DNA of 64,000 nt from an uncultured delta proteobacterium (GCA_963827685.1 CAWHBU010000002.1:32001-96000); one strand, 5' to 3'; positions 48,300-57,700 are shown, counted from the first letter of the stretch. Translations and numbers: made by a program. The notes: a model not told the origin generated them from the letters alone.

Positions 48300-49046
48300 T
48301 TAGGGTTCTTCTTCAGCTATCTCTTCAATAAGCTGGCTTCTGCCATAGAAAATAACACTAATTTTACCAACTAAGGTTTTGAACTTATTAACACACAAAG
48401 TTTCCTGGACGTTATACATCTTAAAAAGAATATCCCCGTCATGGTCAATGAGAAAAGGGGTGACAACTACGTTTGCAAAACACTTCAAGGGTCTCCTAAT
48501 TGGAATCCCGCGTTCTATGCCGGAATACTGGTCCTTACTTGTAGTTGTCGAAACGATTGAAGCGTTATCCCCCTCAAAACATATTTGAAAGCTAATGACA
48601 TGGAACTGCCTCTGTATGACTTTCATTAATTTCGAGGTTTCTTTGCTTATTGCATATTCAAGAATCACATCTTCCTCTCTTAAGGTGAATATTTTGGCCA
48701 GCTCTTGACTCGACATGAACTTATTGTCCAGGAAGTCCATTCGAGGGTTAACGAACTTAAATATTGAGCGCTCCCCCGAGAAGGAAATACTGTTGTCAGT
48801 GGAGTTTATCTTAACTTCATGCCCAGATAGGCCTTTCAGTAGTGGTAACTTCTGCTTGAGATTGGATAAGACAATATCGTAGTCTGAAACCAATGGAGTA
48901 AGATCCATCTCAATTATATTCTCTCTTAAGTTTGTCCTTTGCCTTAAAATGCCTTCTCGAATATCCACATCGTTGCAATCGTCTTGAAGCAGGGATAAGC
49001 ATCTTAGGAAATTAGAAAAGTCGGTTGGATGAATTGTTAGTTCCAT
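48300..49046 (-). CDS. Putative DNA sliding clamp, T4 gp45/PCNA-like
   Basis: 248 aa; by-eye alignment with recalled T4 gp45 (DYDIVLSNLKQKLPLLKGLSGHEVKINSTDNSISFSGERSIFKF vs DFDVAIYDLNGFLGILSLVNDDAEISQSEDGNIKIADARSTIFW); acidic C-tail. Confidence 0.6.
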   Translation of the reverse strand: MELTIHPTDFSNFLRCLSLLQDDCNDVDIREGILRQRTNLRENIIEMDLTPLVSDYDIVLSNLKQKLPLLKGLSGHEVKINSTDNSISFSGERSIFKFVNPRMDFLDNKFMSSQELAKIFTLREEDVILEYAISKETSKLMKVIQRQFHVISFQICFEGDNASIVSTTTSKDQYSGIERGIPIRRPLKCFANVVVTPFLIDHDGDILFKMYNVQETLCVNKFKTLVGKISVIFYGRSQLIEEIAEEEP

Positions 49047-49059
49047 TTTTTGTATTCCT

Positions 49060-49195
49060 TTCTGCCCGTCACGCCGATGGCCCAGCATGCGACCAGGATG
49101 TTACAAAATACGCAGGCGCCTGCGTATTTCATTCTCCTGATGCTAAGATAAGAGGCCCCGATCACGGCGACTGACATCCGTGACAGGGGCCGGTT
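49060..49195 (-). promoter_or_regulatory. Structured intergenic leader upstream of the clamp-like gene
   Basis: Perfect 24-bp palindrome 49106-49129 within nested stems; second hairpin 49154-49191. Confidence 0.55.
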
Positions 49196-49199
49196 GAAT

Positions 49200-50120
49200 T
49201 TAGGCAGCTTCTGCTTCTTCAATGTTCATGGTGGCTGCCGTTTGCAGTTCGGTCAACTTTTCGATCAATTCATTAATAAAATCGGGTTCAATCTTTGAAA
49301 TTTGATCCGGACATTTCAGAATATCATCCACCATCCCAATCATTTCGTTGGAAAGGGTAATAAAGTCGTTCGTCTTATCTTCGACTGTTGGTTCACTCTC
49401 CTCTTTCTCTTGCCTCATTGATGAGGGGTCTCTTAGATATGCTTCAGGGTCCCCTCCATCTCGTTGGATGTTAGAAAGCCTTTTTAGGAACCCTTTGTCG
49501 AAGCTTTTACCCTCCCGGGTCGCAGTTTCAACCACTTCAGGGCTTACCTGAATATGCCGTCTTTCAAGCTTTTCTCGGTTAAGTGCCGTGTCCACTTGGA
49601 CTTTAAATTCTTCAAGATCCACGTCAGCGGTTTCATCCACTGCGATCCCATGTCTCGACATAAAGCTGCCAATCGGGTTTTCCGCATCAGAATCCTTAGT
49701 GGCTGAACAAAGCATTTCTAGCCTATCGACTCCGAGGCGGGTATGTTGGTGACAATCGTGGCGTTTTGCCAGGAACATATATTTCTGCCTATTCCGCTTG
49801 CCAATAAAGGGCAGATTCTGCTCAGCCCACTCTTCCCAGCTTTCATCGGACATTTTAACCAGGGACTTCAGCTCATTCAGGGCCGATCCCAGCCTTATAC
49901 GCCTTTCAGCTATCTCCTTGCTCGTATGGCTAGCAAAGAGGTTATACTCGGTGGCCATGGCCCTAATCTGCTCAATCTTCTCCTTGATCAGGTCGATGGG
50001 TGTTTCCTCTTCAGTGTGGGTATTAATTGGTTCAACAGATTGTTTTTCTTCGTTCAAAAGTGGCATTGCCTTGAATGGATTTGAATCATCAGCAACGTAT
50101 TGAGTAGTTTCATATTCCAT
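49200..50120 (-). CDS. Hypothetical protein with DUF3102-like N-terminal region
   Basis: IRLGSALNELKSL....SWEEWAEQNLPFIGKRNRQKYM pattern; AAGGAG RBS. Confidence 0.65.
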   Translation of the reverse strand: MEYETTQYVADDSNPFKAMPLLNEEKQSVEPINTHTEEETPIDLIKEKIEQIRAMATEYNLFASHTSKEIAERRIRLGSALNELKSLVKMSDESWEEWAEQNLPFIGKRNRQKYMFLAKRHDCHQHTRLGVDRLEMLCSATKDSDAENPIGSFMSRHGIAVDETADVDLEEFKVQVDTALNREKLERRHIQVSPEVVETATREGKSFDKGFLKRLSNIQRDGGDPEAYLRDPSSMRQEKEESEPTVEDKTNDFITLSNEMIGMVDDILKCPDQISKIEPDFINELIEKLTELQTAATMNIEEAEAA

Positions 50121-50279
50121 GTGACTTTCTCCTTTCATAATTTTTGGTTAAAAGTGATTTGGACAACTGGCCAATCCCATTGGGAATGACCACCTCTGCC
50201 TCATGCTTTCAATGAATTTAGAGACGCGGCACCACCCCTTTCGTATTCAGTAGTTAAGACCATTTGTTTTGCCAGCCGA

Positions 50280-50468
50280 TCAAGAGCTAATAGCTTCGAA
50301 CCAGGGCCTTTTACTTAATCCCTCCAGCACGTCGTAGCCCACCGTTCTTGTGCAGGTGGGGCACCACTTTCGCTGAAACTTTTCCGGTACTTTTGGGCAT
50401 TCCGGGCATGCCACTCTATGAAGCTTCTCGAGGCACTCCACCGTTGCGTCGTGAGTATTGTTCGCCAT
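50280..50468 (-). CDS. Small Zn-ribbon protein
   Basis: AAGGAGG RBS; CPECP...WCPTC. Confidence 0.65.
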   Translation of the reverse strand: MANNTHDATVECLEKLHRVACPECPKVPEKFQRKWCPTCTRTVGYDVLEGLSKRPWFEAISS

Positions 50469-50731
50469 TTTGGCACCTCCTTTCTATCGCTTTTAAAAAC
50501 AATTACTGATCACACCCGGTCAGCTTTTTTCGGTGGCGGCATATGAAAAAGTCATGAAGCAGAGATCAACAATTAACAGGGAACCATCGTCTCTCGTCTC
50601 GTTGCGATTCTGAATTTCCATAGCGACCACTCCTTTCCCAGGGTTCTGAAAAGAATTACTGGTCAAGGGTGGTCACTTATCTGATGGTTTTGAGATTGGG
50701 AGAAAATTAAAAGGTTGGAATGAAGGGGTGG

Positions 50732-52600
50732 TTAGGAGTCATTTCTGGAATAGAAGCCGGCAATTTCTTGAGCAATTTTTGGGATATCAGTTATCTCGAA
50801 AAGGTTTGCGGACCCAAATTTTTCAAACGGTATGCGATTCTCCTTGATCAATTTATTCAGGATGTTCCTCAGGGCTGTCCTGCTATATTTCTTTAGATTT
50901 ATTCCCATTCTCTTATTTAAACCTGATCGAAAGACATCGTTTTGAAGCTTCTCAATGAGTTGATTTTGACTGAGGTATCCTTCCTTGTGATGTTCCTTCC
51001 TGTCTTTCATATCTCTCATGATCTTTATGATCTCAGCCTCAAAAAGGTCGTTAAAACCCCGGATGCCGCTCGGCCGATCTGGGTGAACAGGCAATTGAAT
51101 TTTCCCTTTCTTTATTTTTCTCCGCCATCTCCTAAATGTTGCAGAAGACATTCCGTCTCCGTAGAGATCTTTCAATTTTTGGCTGTAAATTTTATCAGTG
51201 ATCGTCTTGGAAACATTAGAGATAATCTTAAAAAGATAATGGATGATTTTTTCCGGATTACCAGTCAGTCTATACGTTTTTAGTAATCCAATGGCCCCCA
51301 TTTTTTTCTCAAAATCTTCTATCACCGTAGATTCCTTCAAGACAGGTATCTTCTTTGAAGATTCTTCGCGATCTCTTTGACCCACATCAATTTCTTCTCT
51401 GCCAGGGATATCTGAGTCTCCATCATCCCCTTGTTTTAAGGATTCGCTGTCAGAATCGGAACCCCCTGGTTTGGTCTCTGGCTTTATCTTTCCACCCCAT
51501 TTTCCTAAGAGCTCCTGTCTTCTTAAATTCTTAATAATCTCCTCTCTGGGGTCATAAAATGGTTCCTGCGATTTTGTTACACCTTTTCCTTCTTCACGGT
51601 CATAAGACTCCTTTTTATTTTCGGAGTCCATCAGAGGAGTTATTGGGTAATCCAAAATCTTTTCTCTTTTTTCAACGATCGGTATCACAGCATGTCTCAC
51701 AAATTCACTGAAATCCGGGAAAAAGTTTTCGAAGACGGAAAACTCCTTTTGAATATAGTCACGCAAATCTTCTACATTTTTGATTAGCAGGACCTGTCTT
51801 TCCAACTCGGAATAGATCACAGAGTGCATGAGATAGCTACGGGCCTCTTCAAGACCTTCCTCCTGATAATTGCCAACGATATTGAGCAGATCAATCATAC
51901 CCACAACAATCACAACCCAATAGCACTCAACCAGGAGGTTATAAAGGCGTTTCCATACCGAGATTATAAGGTCATCCCTTTGGTCCGGCGGGACTGAAGC
52001 AGGAACTGGATATTGGAGAAAGGGCGGCAATAATGCGCGATTCTCCTCGGATTGAAAAAAATCGTTGATCCCGGTCATAAGGATATACATGTTGTGAAGA
52101 GAAGGTAAGGGCATATCCTTCTCCTTGCTGATTTCAATTAACTCTTTAACGAAATCTTCTGAAAGAGACAGAATTTTCTGAACCACCCAGGATTTCTTTT
52201 GGGAATAGTAGTCTTTGGTCATCTTGAAAAACACCACCGGGTCTCTGTCTTTGGAAACCCAGCTCATGAACTCATCCTCATCCTTTTTATACACCGGGTC
52301 TTGAGCATCCATGGACATTGGCAAGAATTGAATTTTTTGGTTGGACAATGGGAAAGGGTGGTTAACCAGATCAACAGGCTCTTTTGTTTCATTGGATATG
52401 GCATAAGCATCTAGAATTCCTTTAAGCTGAATAGAAAACTCACGGCTGATGCAGTCATGAAGGAACATGATGTAGTGATTATTCTTACCCAATTCAGGTA
52501 AGAAACCCATCAGCTTTCTTTTAAAATCCTCGGTTATCTCGTTCTTCTTTTCACTCATAAGATCCTTCCTATAATCAGAATAATTCAACTTTCTTTGCAA
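50732..52600 (-). CDS. Large hypothetical protein with C-terminal HTH-like regions
   Basis: 622-aa ORF; SSATFRRWRRK and SRTALRNI...RIPFEKFGSANLF resemble MerR/excisionase-type wHTH. Confidence 0.65.
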   Translation of the reverse strand: MQRKLNYSDYRKDLMSEKKNEITEDFKRKLMGFLPELGKNNHYIMFLHDCISREFSIQLKGILDAYAISNETKEPVDLVNHPFPLSNQKIQFLPMSMDAQDPVYKKDEDEFMSWVSKDRDPVVFFKMTKDYYSQKKSWVVQKILSLSEDFVKELIEISKEKDMPLPSLHNMYILMTGINDFFQSEENRALLPPFLQYPVPASVPPDQRDDLIISVWKRLYNLLVECYWVVIVVGMIDLLNIVGNYQEEGLEEARSYLMHSVIYSELERQVLLIKNVEDLRDYIQKEFSVFENFFPDFSEFVRHAVIPIVEKREKILDYPITPLMDSENKKESYDREEGKGVTKSQEPFYDPREEIIKNLRRQELLGKWGGKIKPETKPGGSDSDSESLKQGDDGDSDIPGREEIDVGQRDREESSKKIPVLKESTVIEDFEKKMGAIGLLKTYRLTGNPEKIIHYLFKIISNVSKTITDKIYSQKLKDLYGDGMSSATFRRWRRKIKKGKIQLPVHPDRPSGIRGFNDLFEAEIIKIMRDMKDRKEHHKEGYLSQNQLIEKLQNDVFRSGLNKRMGINLKKYSRTALRNILNKLIKENRIPFEKFGSANLFEITDIPKIAQEIAGFYSRNDS

Positions 52601-52780
52601 ATCAACCCGATCGCCTCAAAGCCCTTAAGCCTGAGAAGCATATTTCAATAAGGGATGACTGACCGGGTGTGGCCAGTAATTCTGGTTAAAGGGACCTTTT
52701 CCCGATTACAGAATCAAGTTCTTAGGGAGAGATGGATGGAGAGACTTTATGACGTTGACAAAGCTTTTCAATATGGGATA

Positions 52781-53125
52781 ATGACCCCCGAGGAGGTTGC
52801 TCAGTATCTGCACAAAAGTTTGAGTTGGGTCTATAAAAACTGGCAGCTGCTGGGCGCTAGGAAGCTCAAGGGGTCTTTATTTTTCCCAAACAAGGAGGAC
52901 CTCTATGAGCATTTATTCAATACAAAGGAAGGGGTGGAGGTACGATTTCACCCACCATGGAGCCAGGTACACAAACGCCTGGTTCAAAACAAAAGCAGAG
53001 GCCAAAATGGCCGAGGCAAAAAGAAAGGAGGAAATTCTAAACCCGAAGCAGGAGAAGGAGACCCCAACCGTCATGGGATTCTTGGATCTGGTCAACAGAC
53101 GGCTGGATCACGTGAAGGCATATAA
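52781..53125 (+). CDS. Excisionase-like HTH protein overlapping the integrase start
   Basis: MTPEEVAQYLHKSLSWVYKNW...GSLFF; start uncertain. Confidence 0.7.
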   Translation: MTPEEVAQYLHKSLSWVYKNWQLLGARKLKGSLFFPNKEDLYEHLFNTKEGVEVRFHPPWSQVHKRLVQNKSRGQNGRGKKKGGNSKPEAGEGDPNRHGILGSGQQTAGSREGI

Positions 53126-53775
53126 CTCAGCATCTCACTACAAGGATCATGTGTATATGGCGAAGAGATGGGTAAGGGTAAAAGCATTGTTATTCTCAGG
53201 CTATCTTATGGGGTCTGACAAATAAGAATCCCTGTAGAGGGGTCAAGATGCTCAAGGAAACCCCAAGGGACAGGTGGTTAACTTATGCTGAAGAAGATTT
53301 GATTGTGTCCCAATCCCCTGAGTGGTTAAAGCCAATTATCCTTGTAGACATTAATACGGGGTTAAGGCTGTCAGAAATATTAAGTCTGACGTGGGATGAT
53401 ATTGACTTGGATAGGAAGGTGTTGACAGTCCATAAGTCTAAGAATGGAGAAGCAAGGGTTATCCCTCTGAACTCCCAAACTTTTGAAGTATTTAATTCTC
53501 TGAAGTCCGGTTCAAGCGGGAAGGTATTTGACCGGGGACCGTCTTATGTGAGCCACACATTCAGAAAGGTTTGTAAGAGGGTAGGGCTATTGGATGTAGT
53601 CTTTCACACTTTGAGACATACCTTTGCTACTCGGTTATCCCAACTCAATGTCAATGTGTTTGCTATTCAAAGACTGATGGGGCATAAGACGATTGCTATG
53701 ACGAGTAGGTATTCACATCATTCAGTGGACTCCCTGAAACCTTGTGTTGAACAACTGATTAATGTCAGTATGTGA
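52905..53775 (+). pseudogene. Tyrosine integrase, broken at ~53178 (N-terminal arm + catalytic domain)
   Basis: N-part KGWRYDF...FKTKAEAK.AE; C-part TGLRLSEI, SKN, FHTLRHTFAT, LMGH, TSRYSH; frames discontinuous and core-binding domain too short. Confidence 0.85.
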
Positions 53776-53783
53776 AGAATAAA

Positions 53784-53858
53784 TGGAGCCCACGGACGGA
53801 TTTGAACCGCCAACCCGCTGATTACAAATCAGCAGCTCTACCATTGAGCTACGTGGGC
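53784..53858 (-). tRNA. tRNA-Thr(UGU)
   Basis: GCCCACGTAGCTCAATGGTAGAGCTGCTGATTTGTAATCAGCGGGTTGGCGGTTCAAATCCGTCCGTGGGCTCCA folds as a cloverleaf with anticodon TGT and encoded CCA. Confidence 0.97.
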
Positions 53859-53945
53859 TCATGATTAAAATATCACATTTCTTTGGGAGGATCAAACCTC
53901 CCCGCCGTTCTTTTTAAATCCCTCTTTGATCAAATTAGAGGAAAG

Positions 53946-54035
53946 CTATTTCCATCCTATGAGCAGAGCGGCGATGGTCCATCCGAAGAGGATAACCAAA
54001 AAGATAATGAACTGTTTGACCAATTTGGGGTCCAT
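53946..54035 (-). CDS. 29-aa single-TM small protein (not in ORF track)
   Basis: AAGGAGG RBS; MDPKLVKQFIIFLVILFGWTIAALLIGWK. Confidence 0.6.
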   Translation of the reverse strand: MDPKLVKQFIIFLVILFGWTIAALLIGWK

Positions 54036-54180
54036 AGGTCCTCCTTGTTTTCTCAACAACAGGATGGATTGTATTTTTTAGAAAAATAGTATATTGAGAT
54101 ATAGACAGATGCCATTATGAAGAATTTTTAAAATTATTTCAAGAAAGAAAAGTGGGTAAGTAGAAGAAAGGAGAGACAAG

Positions 54181-54480
54181 ATGGGTTTAGGATTGGCTCT
54201 GATCGCGTTGGGTATGCTGATCCTCTTAGATCGAATGGGTGCGGGATACGGGTTGAAGGAGGGATGGCCGTGGGTTGTCGTTGCCCTTGGACTCGGAGGC
54301 ATTTTCCGCAATAGAAAAAGCCTCGCTGCATGGGTCACGATGATCATTGGGATTTTCATCCTGGGAGCGAAGTATTACTCTCTCCATTTTTCAGTCCCAG
54401 GAGTGATCCGAACCTATTTTCTACCAGTCCTTCTCATCGTGATCGGACTCCTTTGGCTCTGGAAATATCAAAAAGATTGA
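54181..54480 (+). CDS. LiaF/DUF5668-like small membrane protein
   Basis: GLALIALG.LILL, WPWVVVALGL, FLPVLLIVIGL. Confidence 0.75.
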   Translation: MGLGLALIALGMLILLDRMGAGYGLKEGWPWVVVALGLGGIFRNRKSLAAWVTMIIGIFILGAKYYSLHFSVPGVIRTYFLPVLLIVIGLLWLWKYQKD

Positions 54481-54624
54481 TTCGTTGATTGCGGAATTCG
54501 GATTTCGGAATTTCAATCTAAGATCACAGATCCAACATCGACAGGGGAATAGCGCAGTCTTCCCAGAGAGTAAGAGTCCCGAATCAAAAATTCCGGAATC
54601 CGCATTTCCCACTCCCCACTTAGT

Positions 54625-54972
54625 TCACCGGGCCGGAATGAGACCAGCGACAACCAGCAGGGTTAAGATTTCTTCTCCAGTATTGGTCAGTTCATGAAAG
54701 TGACCCGTGGGGATATGGACTGCATCCCCTGGTTCCACCTCACAGACCTCATCCCCTACCTGCATGCGCCCCCGACCGCTCTGAATGTAGTAAACCTCTT
54801 CCATGGGATCCACATGGCCAATGAGTTTTTTGCCAGGGGTAACCGAGGCATGGGCAAGAAACATCAGGGTTTGAAGATGACGAGTGTCTAGAATCATGTG
54901 AGCCACGCCACCGCCGTGGGCCTGGTAGCGGGTGGCTTTCACTTCGGGGTGCTCCAAGTTGCGACGTATCAT
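54625..54972 (-). CDS. Cupin-domain protein
   Basis: HVDPMEEVYYIQSGRG ... PGDAVHIPTGHFHELTNTG. Confidence 0.88.
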   Translation of the reverse strand: MIRRNLEHPEVKATRYQAHGGGVAHMILDTRHLQTLMFLAHASVTPGKKLIGHVDPMEEVYYIQSGRGRMQVGDEVCEVEPGDAVHIPTGHFHELTNTGEEILTLLVVAGLIPAR

Positions 54973-55045
54973 CGGTTTATCCTTTCTTTCACCTCATCTT
55001 TCAGATGATTTCGAAAAGTTTTGGAATAGCGAGGAGATACGGGTA

Positions 55046-55185
55046 CCCAAATCCCGATTTAGAAAAGGGAAGCCCTTTCTCAATCCGTCATTGCGAGCAC
55101 CTAAAAGGTGCGTGGCAATCTCATCGCGAAAAGCGAGATTGCTTCGCTTCGCTCGCAAAGACCGTATCCTAAATCGGGATTTGGG
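55046..55185. repeat. REP-doublet/MITE-like hairpin element
   Basis: 17-bp perfect inverted repeat CCCAAATCCCGATTTAG enclosing GTCATTGCGAGC...GCAATCTC...GAGATTGC...GCTCGCAAAGAC. Confidence 0.75.
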
Positions 55186-55194
55186 GAGTAACCT

Positions 55195-56169
55195 TTACTT
55201 CTCCTTCATGGCATTTAATCTTTGAAGGATGGATTGAGCCTCCTGGATCATGTCTTCGATGACCTTTTTCACACTCTTTATTTCGTGAATCAATCCCACA
55301 CATTGACCGCAGCCGATGAGAGATCCATCCACATCACCTTCTTGATAAGCATTCCGACTCATCCCACCCCCCATGACAGCCATAAGCTCTTCCAGGGTCG
55401 CTCCTCTTTGCTCCAATGAAAGTGTTTTTTCAGCTGCCTTATTTTTGACCACTCTTGCTGCATTCTTAATCGAACGGTGGATGATGACGGTATCGGTCTC
55501 CCTTGCCTTGACAAACCATTCTTTGATCCGTGGATGCGCAGGACATTCTTGAGTTGCCACAAACCGCGTTCCCATCACTATCCCTTCAGCCCCCAACGCG
55601 AGGGCGGCCAAAAAACCTCTGCCGTCTGCAATGCCACCGCCTGCAATGATGGGGATCTTGATTGACTCGGCTGCCTTAGGAATGAGGACCAAAGAAGTGA
55701 CATCATCCATGCCGGGGCGGCCTCCACATTCGAATCCAACTACCGTCACAGCGTCTGCCCCAATCGATTCAGCTTTCTGAGCAAACCGAACGGAGGGAAC
55801 TTTGTGGATGAGTTTAATCCCCTCGCTTTTTAATTTTTGGATGAAGGATTCAGGGCTTCTTCCCGAGGTTTCTACCACCGGAACCTTTTCCTCTAAGATG
55901 ACCTGGAGCATTTGTATCGCTCTATCGCCCTTTGCCAATTCCGGGAGCATAGAGAGGTTTACGCCAAAGGGTTTTTGGGTCTTCTCCTTCGTCCGGCGAA
56001 TCTCTTTTCTGAAACTTTCCTGATCCGGAAAGGAGAGGCTAGAAATGATTCCCAGGCCTCCTGCCTCTGATACGGCTGAGGCAAGCTGGGCCGTGGCAAG
56101 CCACTGAAGTCCACCTTGGACGATCGGATATTTGATACCAAGCATTTGAGTCAGTCGTGTCACGAACAT
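55195..56169 (-). CDS. Nitronate monooxygenase / FabK-like flavoprotein
   Basis: YPIVQGG, VSEAGGLG, KPFGVN, GFECGG, IAGGGIADGRG, MGTRF. Confidence 0.9.
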   Translation of the reverse strand: MFVTRLTQMLGIKYPIVQGGLQWLATAQLASAVSEAGGLGIISSLSFPDQESFRKEIRRTKEKTQKPFGVNLSMLPELAKGDRAIQMLQVILEEKVPVVETSGRSPESFIQKLKSEGIKLIHKVPSVRFAQKAESIGADAVTVVGFECGGRPGMDDVTSLVLIPKAAESIKIPIIAGGGIADGRGFLAALALGAEGIVMGTRFVATQECPAHPRIKEWFVKARETDTVIIHRSIKNAARVVKNKAAEKTLSLEQRGATLEELMAVMGGGMSRNAYQEGDVDGSLIGCGQCVGLIHEIKSVKKVIEDMIQEAQSILQRLNAMKEK

Positions 56170-56495
56170 GGCATTCTCCTTTCATTTGAAAGCAGAAAGT
56201 GGATAATCGTCAGTTGGAATTATCCCGGATTTGGAATGATTTTGCAATGTTATGTTAACCCCGTTTTCACTCATCCCTCCCTCTCCTCCATCCTTTCTTG
56301 CAGGGCTCCCGGCCAATGAAGCGTTGGACTGACCGGGTGGAAATGGCCTCGTTTGGATTCTATATAGGTATTGCCTGTCAATTTGATGAGAATCAACTAC
56401 TGCCCATTCGTTTTCGCAAATAATTCTTGTAGTTTAATGTTGAATATGCTAACTATTTTCAAAAGCCTATTGATTTCAAATAAGGAGGTGGGGAA

Positions 56496-57638
56496 ATGGC
56501 TTCCTATAAAGTAATCTTTCTAGGTCTCTCGGTGATCGGCCTCGAAGAGGAGACTCGTTTGCTCGAAGGCCTTCAGAGAAAATTTAATCTTACTCCTGAC
56601 AAAGCTGAGAGCATGCTTCACAGGGTTCCCATTGTGGTGAAAAAAGGCCTTTCGAAAGAGGAAGCGGGGAGGTACATGAAAGCCTTTGAAGAAATTGGGG
56701 GAAAAGTGAAGGTAGAACAAGAAGAGGAGGAGCCAATTCCCATTCTGGATATTACTCGGGATTTTGAATATGAAGCTAAATCTCAACCTGAACATGGACT
56801 TCCATCCGGCCCCAAGCCTGAGCCGAAGCCTCCCTTTACCTATAGACCTGAACCTGAAAAGAAGGCTTTTATGAAGGGAATGGTGACTTGTCCCCAATGT
56901 GGATTTGAACAACCCGAAACCGATGAGTGCATCAAATGCGGCATCATCATTTCTAAATATGTCAAATATCAGGAGATGGCCCGTTCGTACGAGGGGCAGG
57001 TTCATGAAATTTCGTCAGAAGAGTATACCCCATGGGAGAGTGGGGAAGGATTCATTCCGGCTTTTTTAAGAACAACGCAAGAGGTCCTTTTCTCACCGAC
57101 AAGATTCTTTAAAAAGGTTGCTGCGGGTCAGGGATATTGGTCTCCCTTTATCTTTGGCATGATTTCGGGGATCATAGGGTGCGGAGCCGTCCTGCTTTGG
57201 CAATGGCTTTTCTTTTCTGGAATGGTCCCACCTCAAATCCGTTCAATAACCACCTACAGCCTCTTCCTTATCTTCGCTATTATTTTAATACCTTTCGGGG
57301 TTGCCTTCTCTATTGTAATAGGAAGTGGAGTGATACATCTCTGTGTTATGATTGTAGGAGGAAACCGAAAAGGGTTTGAAGCGACCTTTCGCGCCATCTC
57401 CTATTCCCAGAGCTCCTTACTCTTTTACATCGTTCCAGTGATAGGGAGCATAGTTGGAGGCATTTATTATCTCATTCTGATCATTCTTGGAGTGAGGGAA
57501 GGACATGGGATCTCGACAGGAAAGGCAGTTTTAGCCGCTCTCCTTCCTCTCATTGTTGCCGTTGTTGGCATCCTCCTTGCTATCTTGATCCCGCTTTTCA
57601 TGGTATTGTCGGGGTCCCACTCCGGAGTGGGAGCGTAA
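56496..57638 (+). CDS. YIP1-family membrane protein with zinc ribbon
   Basis: CPQCGFEQ...CIKCGII, PWE, FSPTRFF, GFEATFR, HGISTGKA. Confidence 0.85.
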   Translation: MASYKVIFLGLSVIGLEEETRLLEGLQRKFNLTPDKAESMLHRVPIVVKKGLSKEEAGRYMKAFEEIGGKVKVEQEEEEPIPILDITRDFEYEAKSQPEHGLPSGPKPEPKPPFTYRPEPEKKAFMKGMVTCPQCGFEQPETDECIKCGIIISKYVKYQEMARSYEGQVHEISSEEYTPWESGEGFIPAFLRTTQEVLFSPTRFFKKVAAGQGYWSPFIFGMISGIIGCGAVLLWQWLFFSGMVPPQIRSITTYSLFLIFAIILIPFGVAFSIVIGSGVIHLCVMIVGGNRKGFEATFRAISYSQSSLLFYIVPVIGSIVGGIYYLILIILGVREGHGISTGKAVLAALLPLIVAVVGILLAILIPLFMVLSGSHSGVGA

Positions 57639-57666
57639 ATCCAAGGGAAAAAGGTTTTTGCTTTTC

Positions 57667-57700
57667 ACAAAAAGGGGTCATTAAGTACCCCTTTTTTTGT
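57667..57700 (+). terminator. Intrinsic terminator (possibly bidirectional)
   Basis: AAAAAGGGGT-loop-ACCCCTTTTTTT. Confidence 0.75.

Larger units (their letters stand above)
43454..53783. mobile_element. Integrative element (plasmid- or satellite-like) at the 3' end of tRNA-Thr; left boundary unknown
   Basis: Integrase next to the tRNA 3' end, HTH gene, PrimPol-helicase, Rep-like gene with iterons, DUF5131; no capsid, terminase or conjugation genes seen. Confidence 0.8.
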
